From: Haliotis rubra | Lineage: Eukaryota | NCBI RefSeq assembly: GCF_003918875.1 | Contig: NW_025767166.1 | Coordinates: 186,001 to 250,000 of the forward strand | Reading direction: 5' to 3' | Length of the DNA stretch: 64,000 bases | Part shown: one piece after another, positions 46,273 to 58,348 of the stretch | Position numbering within the stretch: position 1 is the first letter of the stretch | Layout: every line of letters starts with the position of its first letter | Position numbers and translations under genes: made by a program | Notes under the pieces: generated by a model | The model's input: the letters and a program-made list of their open reading frames with translations, nothing else | Database searches by the model: none | Told to the model about the DNA's origin: nothing

Positions 46273-49200
46273 TTGATCAAGTGCTCTGAGACCTGCATTG
46301 TATGCCATAGCCAAAAGTGTCCTGAAACAGGTACTCCATTGACTTGTCGACATTGCCATATGACCTGTAGATCACCTGAATGTTTCCAGCGCCACCAAAC
46401 TGGATTTTTTTTTATAAAGAATGGTACATACACACCCTCAAAATGTGAGAGTTTCTGGAAATGTACCATGTGTAAGAAAGTTTTATGTCGAAGTGAAAGG
46501 GACCCCAAACTACACCACTGCAGAGAATGGAAATGTCCTGGATGTCAACAGGTTGTGGAACAAGATCATCTCTGTTACCGGACACCCAATGAAGAGGATG
46601 AGGCCAAGATTAAATTCATCTTTAGCGACTTTGAATGCCGACAGGATGAACAGCTGATGTGTGAAGAAGGTTTTTCGCCACAAGGGCCCTGTCCTACCTG
46701 TCCTGTTGATAACTGTCCCCATCAGTCATCTACTTGTCAACATTGTCACCAATCCTGGTGTGGCAAATGTCAACATGTTCCCAACTACTTGGTGGCTCAG
46801 TCAGTCTGTCCTGTTTGCAAAACAGAGTCGGTCAATGAGGAATCCAAATGTCATCACTGTGGTTCTAGATGCCCTGCATGTAATGCAAGGGACAAGAAAA
46901 CCAAACAATTTAAGGAACCTCCCTGTGAAGAAAGTTGTGGATTTCGTCAAGTGATTTTCAAGGGAGGTGGAGCTATCATTAAATTTTCAAGATGGCTCTT
47001 CAGTGACAATCATGTAGACTTCACAGCCATTGCTCACAATAGCAAAGCCTATGATGGATACTTTCTTTTGGAGTATATGATAGATCAATCCATGTATCCA
47101 AGCAAAATCATTTACGCTGGTTCTAAAATTATGTAAGTGCAGATTGAGAAAGGCCTCAACATCATAATCATAGACAGTCTCAACTTTCTTCCAATGAAAT
47201 TGGCCTCCGTACCCAAAGCCTTTGGACTCACAGAACTGAAGAAGGGTTACTTCCCACATTGGTTCAATTTGAAGGAGAACCAAAATTACGTTGGAGCTTT
47301 TCCAGATCCTCACATGTATGGAGTGGACTACATCGGAGCTAAAGACAGAGATGCATTCTTGTCATGGTACGGCCAACAACATGGACTGTTTGATTTTTCT
47401 AAAGAAATGAAGGAGTACTGTATCTCAGATGTCACTGTACTCAGAGAAGCCTGTCTGAAGTTTCAGCAACTGATTATGGAGGCCACAGGCGAGGAAACAG
47501 AAGGAAAGATCATTGAAGGTGTTGATCCCTTTGCAAACTCTATCACTATAGCCTCTTTAAGCATGAACATATTTAAAACCAAGTTTCTGAAACGTCACGA
47601 ACATGTCAGGCTGACTGATGGACAAAGTATCACAAACTGGAGGTCTTCCAGACCCTCCGAAGAAGAAGGAGATGGGTCATACGATGTCAAGCTAGAGAGT
47701 GGTCAATGGATTTCACAAAGACAACTTCAAAAGAGGGGTATTGGCGTCCACGAAGCAGAAACAGTTCCAAGCCCTATTGCTCAAGTACCATGTCAGGGGT
47801 ATGTTGGACATGGGCAATATAGTAAAGTTTCCATTCAGTGGTTAGAATGGATCATGCATTCAGAAAATATTGACATACAACATGCCCTGAATGGAGGTGA
47901 ACATGAGGTGCCTGGAACCAACTACCGAGTGGATGTTTATTATCCAAAAACAAACACAGTACTGCAATTCCATGGTTGTTGCTACCATGGTTGTAAGACA
48001 TGCTTTCCACACGACAGATCCTCCACCATACCCCCCAGGACCAAACAGTCTGTGGAAGAACTTTATGCTCTCACCTGTAAGAAATCACGGGTGCTGAAAC
48101 AGAAAGGCTACAAAGTGGTTGCCATCTGGGAACACGAGTTCCACCAACAATTAAAGGATAAACCAGACATGAAGGTTTTTGTCAGTACACTGGACATACA
48201 GGATCGCTTAGAGCCACAAGACTCCTTTTTTGGTGGCAGGACCAATGCCAGTACACTTCACTACAAGGTGGAAGAAAGTGAAGAAATTCATTACGTGAAC
48301 TTTACAAGTCACTACCCATGGGTCAACAAGTATTGCCAGTACCCTATTGGACATCCCCACATCATTCACAAGAATTTCAAGTCTTTGGATCACTATTTTG
48401 GAATTGCCAAGGTGAAGATATTACCACCTAGAAAACTCTATCATCCAGTACTCCCCTATCGATCTGAAGGCAAGCTAAAGTTTCCTTTATGTTGTACCTG
48501 TGCTGACAAGGAGCAACAGACCCTTTGTGAACATTCAGATGAGCAGAGAGCCATCCTAGGAACTTGGTGTACACCTGAAATAGTGAAAGCCATTGAGAAA
48601 GGATACCAAGTGATCAAGGTGTATGAGGTTTACCACTGGTCCGAAACAGCCCAGTACAACCCTGAGACAGGAGAGTGTGGATTGTTTACGGACTACATCA
48701 ACACCTTCTTGAAATTAAAACAACAAGCCAGTGGATGGCCAGTATGGCGTGAAACGGAAGACGACAAGGAGAAATACATAGCAGACTACAGAGAGAAGGA
48801 AGGTATACAACTGGACAAGGATCGCATAGAAAAAAACGATCTCTGGCTAAATTATGCTTGAACAGTTTCTGGGGAAAATTTGGACAGCATTTGAACATGA
48901 AACAATCAGAATTTATCCATGACACAGAAGCAGAAAAGTTCTTCCGGATGTTGACAGATCCTACCAAGGAAGTGACAGATTTTCACATCCTGACAGATCG
49001 GATTTTACAGTTGGAATATAGCAACAAATCTAGCTTTGTCCCAGAAGATAACAAGACCAACATCTTCTTGGCCACATTCACCACTGCTTGGGCAAGGCTG
49101 AAGTTATACAGTGTCCTAGAAAAGTTGGATCAACAAGTGTTGTATTATGACACTGATTCTGTGATCTATGTAGCCAAACCTAATGATTACAAGCCACCTC

Positions 49201-49565
49201 TCGGAGATTATTTTGGTGATCTTACCAATGAACTGGACAACAATGACTACACTGAGGAGTTTGTCTGCAGGGCCCAAGAATTATAGTTATGAAACTAAAA
49301 AGGGGAAACAAGTGTGTAAGTCTGTTTTTTTTCTTTGAATTTCAAGTATACCCAACTCATCAATTTTGAAACCATTCGGGACATTGTACTTTCACCTCAA
49401 AGAGACAAAACCATTATAGTAACCAATCCTTCCAAGATCTCACGAGAGAAAAGGAAACAGAAAATCTACAATAGAGAAGAGAAGAAAAAGTACCAGATGG
49501 TTTATAACAAACGGGTCATTCAGTCCAACTTGGATACTTTGCCTATTCCTCCCATCATCAACTAA
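46273..49565 (+). pseudogene. Protein-primed family B DNA polymerase (Maverick/Polinton pPolB), disrupted
   Basis: ExoI FSDFE, ExoII AHNSKAYDG, ExoIII YCISDV, FFGGRT, motif A YVNFTSHYP (catalytic D replaced by N), motif B KLCLNSFWGKFGQ (frameshift near 48840), motif C YYDTDS. In-frame stop at 47134 and further frameshifts at about 49270-49335. Confidence 0.95.
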
Positions 49566-49775
49566 CCAATACTTCCCAACATCAAACTAAAAAAACAGTC
49601 ATCCCACCATCAGTCAACTATCCAGCCAGCCAACCAATGTCATATCATCAGAGACCGGGCCGGAGGACCCGTGAATTGTAATTGAATAGTAATGGTTTGT
49701 AGGGGTTGTGGTTTTAACAAATCAACTACTCAATCCATTACTTCACTGGGTCTTCTGAACTAATCTTCAAGCTGT

Positions 49776-49912
49776 ATGTGTCCCTGTGTGTCCCTCAAGT
49801 GTCCCTCTGTGTCCCTCTGTGTCCCTCAAGTGTCTCTCTGTGTCCCTCAAGTGTCCCTCTGTGTCCCTCAAGTGTCCCTCAAGTGTCCCTCTGTGTCCCT
49901 CAAGTGTCCTCC
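49776..49912. repeat. Short-period GTGTCCCTC(AA/T) tandem repeat between pPolB and ATPase
   Basis: Direct reading. Confidence 0.85.
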
Positions 49913-49969
49913 CAAGCTATATACGTGTCCCTCTAAGTTGTTTTATCAGTTGAACTGAGGAGTCAAAAC

Positions 49970-50848
49970 ATGGGTCGTGTCAAGAAAGATTGTCCTGTGC
50001 CTGGCTGTACTGCAAAACAACTTTCAAAACTATCCAATCATTTATCACAAGTACACAAGATAGATTCTGATTGAAAGAAACCTTGGCTCAAAAAGAAGAA
50101 CAGAATGATTGAAGTTCAACCCACTACACCCAAGTCAGCTATTACTTTGAGTCCTAAAGCTGTGTTCGATCTGACTAAACCTTGGTGGGAAACTCAAAGT
50201 TTAACACCTTTTGAACCCTGTTCCAGTATTTGTGTGTCTGGACCAACAGGGTCAGGAAAGACGCAGTGGGTGTATGGACTGTTGCAACATGTGAACGGTA
50301 TGTATGTGAAGGACCCACCCAAAAAAGTTCTGTACTGTTAATGTGTTTATCAGTCTGTGTTTGACGACATGGAAAGAACAGTGACAAACATTGTGTTCCA
50401 ACAGGGATTACCCACGGAATCAGACATTGAACAGTTTTCCTCTGATGGACAACATGGACTCATTATCCTGGATGATCTTTTACATCAACTTTTACGTTCT
50501 AAGGACATGGAATTGTTATTTACACAAGGATGTCATCATCGACTTCTGAGTGTTATATTTATAACTCAGAACTTGTATGGTCAAGGCAAGTCAGCACGAA
50601 CTATAGCCCTGAACACTTGGTACTTGGTCTTGTTCAAGAATGTGCGTGATACCTCGCAGACGATGACCCTTGGAAGACAATTATTTCCTGGCCGGGCTGG
50701 TGTATTAGTGGAAGCTTACACTGATGCTATGAAACAACCCTATGGATATTTGGTCTTGGACATGTCTACACGTACAGAAGACAAACTAAGACTCAGAACC
50801 CGCATTTTCCCAGGGGAAGATCCCGTTGTGTACGTGGCAAGAGTATAA
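49970..50848 (+). pseudogene. Maverick genome-packaging ATPase (A32/FtsK-HerA type) with N-terminal C2H2-like Zn finger; two in-frame stops
   Basis: One frame from ATG 49970: CPVPGC..LSNHLSQVH, stop at 50072, Walker A GPTGSGKT, stop at 50339, Walker B LIILDD, HHRLLSVIFITQNLY, ARTIALN..YLVLFKN.RD, PYGYLVLD. Confidence 0.9.
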
Positions 50849-51232
50849 ATAGTCGTCATTAAGACAGACTTTATCATTTGTAGACATGGAGTCTCAAGCT
50901 GAAGACTGTCATGTGTCTCTGAATATTCCTACAACAACCAACGTGGAACTCCCCCCCTGTATTGAAACGTACCATTATCTCTCTATGGTGTATACTTGTG
51001 TTGTTAATAACTGTGGGATACATACTAACTCTAACATGGAAGGATAGAAGTATATTGGTAGGTACTCCTCTACCCATGGACTACATTGTGAATGACAGTC
51101 ACTACACGAATGACTCAACTGGAGGAGAGTATAAATAGCAGTGACTTTGTTTGCTATGTTCAATGAGGGAGTCATCCATGAGTCAGACAGTTGTGCTTAT
51201 AAATTGTGCTGAACATTGAACGGAACGCCATT

Positions 51233-51553
51233 ATGTCAAAGACACTCAGACAGAACGGATACTTCTTGTGCTTTTGGCAGGAGAGTACATCCCCTGTTCA
51301 AAAGAAGGTGCTGTTGCGAAGTGTGACTGATGGCCAATTAAAAGCCTTGACAGAGATTATTTATAATCTGTTACATTCCGATGTTCCTCTTTCAAAGAAA
51401 CATTTGAATGCACTGAGAAAACACAGAAAAGTGCTTCGTCTTCTTGGTGATAAAACCGTATCTAAGACAAAGCAAAAGCAATTACTACCCAAAAGTGTGG
51501 CTGTCATTAGTTAAGTGTTGAAGGTTGTTGGGCCTTTATTGAAGACTTTGTAA
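51233..51553 (+). pseudogene. Small basic conserved Maverick protein (uncharacterised), probable premature stop at 51512
   Basis: LKALTEIIYNLLHSDVPLSKKHLNALRKHRKVLRLL resembles the small basic ORF found downstream of the ATPase in Mavericks (recalled similarity); TATAAA at about 51199. Confidence 0.6.
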
Positions 51554-52098
51554 TGGAACATATCCAAAAACAGGTGCTCATTCCTATGGATAAATATAAA
51601 CGACTCTTGAAAAATCATGTGAATCCACTGAGTGGTCGTGTAATAGATACGTCATCAGATGTGAATCATCATACCACCATTGATGAGTCAGAACCCATGG
51701 ATACCAGTTTGATTCTGAGTGTGCTCCCCAAACCTTACAGACAGAGAGGTGCTGCTTTATTGAGACACATACAAAATGATCCCGACCAAAGACTGTCATG
51801 GAATTGGAAAGGTGTACTCATCTACCAGGGTCAAGTCATTCAGGGGAGTCATATTGCAGACTTACTCAAGGACTCACGGTATCTGTATAAACGTTTTCAA
51901 CCCAAGGGAATGACTGAATTCTATCAGGCCTTAAAAGACATACATGTGCCTCAAGGACTTGTAGGCAACAGACAACGGCTGGAAGTGGAAATGAATTCCA
52001 AAACATCTGAAATGACACTGAGGTCTAAACCTCCTGGAATACCAGCTCATACCCAACAGAGGAAGAAGAAGAAGCCTTTCAAATGGATTACATTGTAA
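51553..52098 (+). CDS. Conserved Maverick protein of unknown function (intact ORF, 181 aa)
   Basis: LPKPYRQRGAALLRHI..LSWNWKGVLIYQGQVIQGSHIADLL..PKGMTEFYQAL...VP..LVGN..KWITL is a pattern recalled from Polinton ORFs; its position in the cluster agrees. Confidence 0.7.
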   Translation: MEHIQKQVLIPMDKYKRLLKNHVNPLSGRVIDTSSDVNHHTTIDESEPMDTSLILSVLPKPYRQRGAALLRHIQNDPDQRLSWNWKGVLIYQGQVIQGSHIADLLKDSRYLYKRFQPKGMTEFYQALKDIHVPQGLVGNRQRLEVEMNSKTSEMTLRSKPPGIPAHTQQRKKKKPFKWITL

Positions 52099-52395
52099 AT
52101 TTATGTGATTGTAAAGTAGACTATGGGTTGACCCCTAACCTGTAGTTCCACTCCTGTGAAACGGGGTCGTTAAACATTGAAAAGATGTATACCTTGTTGT
52201 ATGTTTGTTGACATCAATAATAATAACAACAGAATGCAGTGCCATACCTCCCAACCGTCCTTCTCCGATTGGGGACTTCTGTGGGCTAGCTAAATTTTTA
52301 AAGTTTTTTTTATGTTTATTTCCAAGTACATTATCTCATCACTATGAACATGAAACATAGTTAACCATCACTAAATCTAGATAGTATGGACAGTT

Positions 52396-52596
52396 TTACA
52401 TACATGCATAAAAATACTTAGAAGCATAGTCATACATCATGTCATCATTGACCATTGTATTTGAAGTGAAACTGCTTTGAATGTCATACAATACATGTCC
52501 TCCACACTTCATCATAATGTAGTAAACACAATACAGTCCACAAGTAGAGCTGTCTCTACTTTGAAGTACTTTGTTATTGTATTGATAACAAGACAC
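52396..52596 (-). pseudogene. C-terminal fragment of adenain-type cysteine protease (Maverick PRO)
   Basis: YNNKVLQSRDSSTCGLYCVYY has the Q-x5-6-CG-x-YC catalytic motif; truncated at the LINE junction near 52600. Confidence 0.8.
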
Positions 52597-52600
52597 ATTT

Positions 52601-53870
52601 TTACATAAAAAGTCTTGAAATTCTCTTCGATAGTAACTGGTTTTTTCCTGTCAAAGAATTCTTCATATCCCTGACAAATTTAAATGCTTTGTTATTTGTC
52701 CTAGTTTCATTTCTTTTACGTTCACGACAGTGATGCGCCCATAATTCTAGTGTCAGTGGTAAATAAGACGATTCAGCGCATGAAGGTATATCAAAACTTT
52801 GTATGCTATCAACAATTCTAGTCAATGCTAAAACGTAGTCAATAACGCTAGTACCATTTGTACCGATATGTGTATATTGGCCAATATTAGAATCTGATCC
52901 ACATCTACCATTTACAATGTGGATATTTAGAATACTACATATATCTAACAAGCATCTACCAAAATGGTTCACAATCTTATCACAGGAGAATCGTTCAAGA
53001 TCAAAGTTATCTAGGATAGAATCATACATCGAATGATCTTTACTTTCAGTGTGAAGAATGATATCATCGTCAACAAAATCAGAATTAGTACCTGTTCGAG
53101 CATTGAAGTCGCCCCCACATAGCACGTACATGTTGGGTAAATCAGATATCAGCTCTAATAGTTTCTCCTGGAAAATTGTAATACCATTTCTGCAGTATGC
53201 TTTCAATTTATAGTACCACGAAGATCCTTCTGGGTGTATATAAGTACAGCTATATAATAAGCCAGCATCAAGATCAAAGAGACATTTATCAAATAAGATA
53301 AATATTGTGTTATCCGTTATTTTGGACCATTTTATGTGGTGTGATAGCGTTTTTTCATACCATAACTAGTATACCACCAGACAGTCTTCCACATAATGCT
53401 AATTTATCTGCACTTTTACAAACACAATCATAATCATTAAATGCATCACTAAGATCAAGATTCTTACTCCATGTCTCTATTATACCAATAATATAATCAA
53501 GAAAGTCATTATCAGTCTGGTTATGTGCAAAATGTTCCCAAATATAAATCTTACACCACCAACACAGTTAGTAAGTGGTTGTTTATCACTATCACTGTCA
53601 TTGGAATCCTTCTGAAGCGCCGTATAGTCATTATCATTCGATCGGCCCTGGCCACACCCCTATCGTGACTGCCCCCCGGAGTCTGTAGAGCTCTTGCCTT
53701 TTGAATCTTGTGAGGTCGTGTGCTACTCCATATCCCTGTTCCTTGAGGGTGGCTCTCAACTTGACAGATCTCCATTTATCCTCCCAATGCACCATCCTTA
53801 TGATGATACGTCTTGTCTGGTTTGAGTTACCAGTGTTGCTTGTTGCGACCTTACTTCCTTTAAATGAATA
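52601..53870 (-). mobile_element. 5' part of a non-LTR retrotransposon: AP-endonuclease domain of ORF2 plus possible ORF1 tail
   Basis: IIGIIETW (about 53470), YIHPEGS, LCGGDFNARTG, NHFGRCLLDIC..LNIHIVNGR, YTHIGTNGTSVIDYVL. Confidence 0.85.
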
Positions 53871-56327
53871 ATGTAGATTTTCATTGTGTGAAGCAAGACT
53901 TAGTGGTCATCTCCCAGACTGGACATAACTTTTAACGGTGTGAATATATTATGTACTGTTATCATGCAAACATATGCATAAACTTCAATCTGTGTCAGTC
54001 TCTCAATTCGTCTTAATTTTGTGAACACAGACAGCATGGTGGCAGCGTTGATGTCTGCCCCAAAGGTTTTCCTGCCTTGTTGTGTACACACGCACGCACA
54101 CACACACACAGCAGAAAGACAGTGGCCGAGTTATCCTCTGTGGAGTTGGTTGGTTGTTTAACGCTGCACTCAGGAATATTCCAGCTATATGGTGGCGGTC
54201 TGTAAATAATCGAGCCTGGACCAGAGAATCCAGTGATCAACAACATGAGCAGCAATCTACGCAATTGGGATACAGTGACATGTCAACCACGTCAGCAAGC
54301 CTGACCACCCGATTTCATTGAGACCTGACACATGGCATTGAATTCACTGGAAACATAAACTTTGGGTATGCCAGGTGCTTGTATGTAACCCAGTTGTTGT
54401 TTTTGTTGTAATTATTTATTCATTTACTTTATTGTCGTTGATGGTGGGATGTGTCAGGGTGTGCGGGGAGGAAATCTTTTTGTCAGTTAATGTTGTAATA
54501 GTTGTAATGTCACTCTTTTATGTGTTTTATTTGTGTCATTTGAAGCAGCGTTTATTCCAAAGTGTACAACTTCTGTTTGCACGAATTCAGCCTTCATTGA
54601 CACACAACTGGATTTTTTTCTATCAATTTGTACCGATGAGTTATATTCAGAGTTTCAAATTTAACCCAGAAGCAAACCCTTCCATCTTATTCCACTAAGT
54701 TCACTTTGAGGGTTATGTGATAATCATGTGAAATTTATTTTGGGGTTAATTTCATCATAACTGATCAGTTGTTCAAAATCAATTATGGAATTTATGAGAC
54801 AAGCACAGGCTGAACTCCTACCCTCTACTGTACAGGAATTCATCATGATTTAGTCTGGGGTCATTTGTTTTTAGTTCTGTTCTGTTCTGTTCTAGTGTCA
54901 TAATAGGGGTGGATAAAATTTGCAGAAAGCTTGTCAGACATTACTTTCTTCATGTTTGGGAATCTGACAATGCAAAATCTGGTGAATTTGTCTGATAATC
55001 AAGAAGCTCAAAGCCACTTGCACTGTAACCGAGGAGACTTAATACTTTTACACAGGTGCATTGCAGTGGGGAACCAAAACACACCTTTAGTGAGTTTTCT
55101 GCAAGAGTTGTGATGACAAAGTGGTTTGGTTACTGTTTCAAAAAATCTACAAAAATGTCTTGTTCATTTCTTTCTTTAACCAAATAAATAATTTTGAGAA
55201 AAGATAATCCTTATTTTTTTTCTATCTCTGTATTTTTGTGTTTTGCTGGGCAGATCTGAGTCAACTAAATAAAAATTCTGTATTGGCATCATTGAACTTA
55301 AACATTGGTCACTCTTGGAATGAAACATTCATTCATTAGGCTTCATACCGTTGTTCTGTAATGGTCTTGGTCTTATTCTCTAATCCTTCGTGTGAAAGCA
55401 TTCTGTAATTGCACAACAAGAAACAACTCATATTTTGAAATAGTTTATATACTTTTTCAATCTGAGAAAAATGATGAAAATATGACAGTGCAAATGTTCT
55501 CTTCACTATGTACAATGTAAACTGCAGGTACTACTGCCCTTACAACTATGTACATCATAAACTCCAGGTACTACTCCCCTTACAACTATATACAAGACTG
55601 GTAGGTGACACATCACAGGACAAAACAGCCTTAGCTAAGTCATGTCACCATGGCAACCCCACACAGACTTTTATTCAAAGTAAAAGTTTAATTCACTCTT
55701 TGAACAAAAGAATAATATATTGGAACATGCGAGATAGGAGCATAGTTGTGAATTTTCACAAAAGCAAAAAGAACATATTCATCAGAACATTTTATCAGCT
55801 GAAATAATTTCCCCAATTTTCCCTATGTTACCATGGTTACATAGCAAATGGATACACATTGCCAAATTACTGTCGCAGAATAAACGTAGGTTACAAGTGA
55901 CAAAACCTGTGTGGGTGAAGTTGGGGTTACCATGGTGACATAATATATTATATTTCCTCTGTAGCATCTGGCTTTACATCTATATATTTGATCTTGACAA
56001 CTGTCACAGAAATTATCACAGGCAGATAAGATGTCTGGCCCTCTAGTTGGGACTTGAACACCTTGAATGTCTATCTACATCGGAGTCCGTCACGACCACA
56101 GTCCTGTTCCGGAAGTACAACTGACTGGTGTGATCCCGACATGTTAAGATGTTACTACAGTCTGGACCAACACCGTAACCACACAGCATGGAGCTGGTGT
56201 TATACAACACACTGAGAAGAAACTCTTCCTGTGTCCCAAGCATGTCCCAAATCTAGATGTAAAATTGCTATAATACCTAATCCCCTTTTAACATAACATT
56301 CTTCCCAAACTCCCATGTTTTAGTAAC

Positions 56328-56638
56328 CCAATAATCTGACCTGACCAGACCAGCCCATCCCCAATAATCTGACCTGACCAGACCAGCCCATCCCCAACAA
56401 TCTGACCTGACCACACCAGCCCATCCCCAATAATCTGGCCCATCCTCCCCCACCCTATATTTTGACCAGCCCACTCCCTATAATCTGACCAGCCCACCCC
56501 TATAATCTGACCAGCCCACCCCTATAATCTAACCAGCCCACCTCTATAATCTGACCAGCCCACCCCTATAATCTGACCAGTCCACCCCTATAATCTAACC
56601 ACCCCACCCCTATAATCTGACCAGCCCATCCCCCAATA
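56328..56638. repeat. 22-27-bp minisatellite (TATAATCTGACCAGCCCACCCC-like)
   Basis: Direct reading. Confidence 0.9.
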
Positions 56639-58348
56639 ACAAGTGACCAGTCCGTCTTCCCTTTCATGTCTTGGGGAACAGTAAGAGCTCCGTCCATCAT
56701 GGCACAATATACAAATGTTATCAACCTAATCCCGAAATGACAAACCAAGAAACACCTACAATACAACACGAATCATCTTCTCTGCAAATATTTCTGAATT
56801 TTGAGTAAATCTGAAAATGAAAGCACAACCACTGCCAAGCCAAGGATAACAATTTTCAGTTGAAACACAGACAAAATAAACATTGTAAAGCTGCAATGGA
56901 AAATGTCTCAAGAAACATGCCGGCCAACAGTGGTAGCCACACATAAGGCCAAGTTATCAGTGATAACAGTCTGTGTATACACACTCAGGTCGGACGATAC
57001 GAAGCCATACTACACAAGGGGGGATGAGATAGGGTCTCTAACCTCAAACTGTTTCTTGAGAGGTTAGCATATCACACACATACACATTTTACATTCATTC
57101 TAAATATACATGTGCATTAAACAACAATCTGAATAATGAAAAACAAATAAATTATCTCTATCTGATGATATATTTTGACATACTCAGCATATCATTCTCC
57201 TATTAATCACGGAAACAGACACCATTGTGAAAGTATGTAGTCAACTGTTTGTATGATACAGGAATGTATGTCAAGGGAGTGTTGAGAGGAAGAGACCTAA
57301 AGTGTCAATTAGCAATCCAAGGAAGTTGGGGTTTAATCAAATATTAGGATACATATCAACCTGACAATATCCTTAGGGATGGGGCAGACTGGGACTTTTG
57401 TTTGAGACAGAACGTGAAACAATACCAATCTATCAAATCAAGTTTTCTACCCACAGTGCATTATTTCAGACCATGAATATTTCCAGTGAAAACATATTTT
57501 CATATGGGTGCAAGCCTCCAGATATTTTCATGATTATCTTTTTTTTTTGTAAACCGAAAATTACCAGTCCCTCCCCTGCATTGCCATGGCTCGATATTGA
57601 CATGTGGACCCTACTACACATCCAAGTTGACAGTCTCTACTTATGTCTAGACCTAGCATTGATCTGCTCAGTGAAGCATTGTCCCACTCTGTTAGAATGG
57701 TCTCATATCATGACACCTGTGATGTATTACCATGGCAGTGAACAGGTGTGGAGGTTAACAAGGCTGTATCCTCGACAAACATCCTACATACACACGCATC
57801 ACACACAAATACAAGCTTACAATATGTACAATCTTATTAATGGAAATAAGCCTGACCAATGTAACAATGGAAACTAAACAACACAAACTAAAACAGCCAA
57901 GCTGATGACAGTGCAGATACCATGATATATTGTCTGTTTACAGTGCTGGAGAACACCAGTGTATACTCTGTATATCTACCACCACATCCACCATGACATC
58001 TGGTGGTCACTGTGTGAAGAAGGGAGACAACTGTTGTGACAAACACTGAGAGGACAAGATATTGCACTAAATGATTGTTATCACAGTCTATGTATGGCTG
58101 CAGACAGTGGATCCTGTCTGTACAACATTTCCATCTGGTTTAAACCAAAAAAAAATTTCTGAACAAGGTGACTGAGTTGTGAAGTCTTCATGTTGCCAGA
58201 CTTTCAAATTCACAATAGTCTGCAAATCCATGTAAAAATGACAGTTGGCTTCACTGAAAGCTGAAATTCTAAACCAGTTCTCAGTACTTCATTTTTGCTG
58301 AAAACAGAACTAAATATAATTGATAGTAGTTTCCATTTTTATCTCATG

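Larger units (their letters stand above)
42960..52600 (+). mobile_element. Rearranged, inactive Maverick/Polinton (endogenous DNA virus-like) remnant
   Basis: pPolB, packaging ATPase, two conserved Maverick ORFs and an adenain protease fragment. No integrase, capsid genes or TIRs recognised. The left boundary is approximate. Confidence 0.85.

Noticed and set aside
57398-57877. 159-aa ORF and other short ORFs in 54-62 kb
   Set aside because: No homology signal or exon structure; the region is probably GRAMD1 3'UTR or intergenic DNA.
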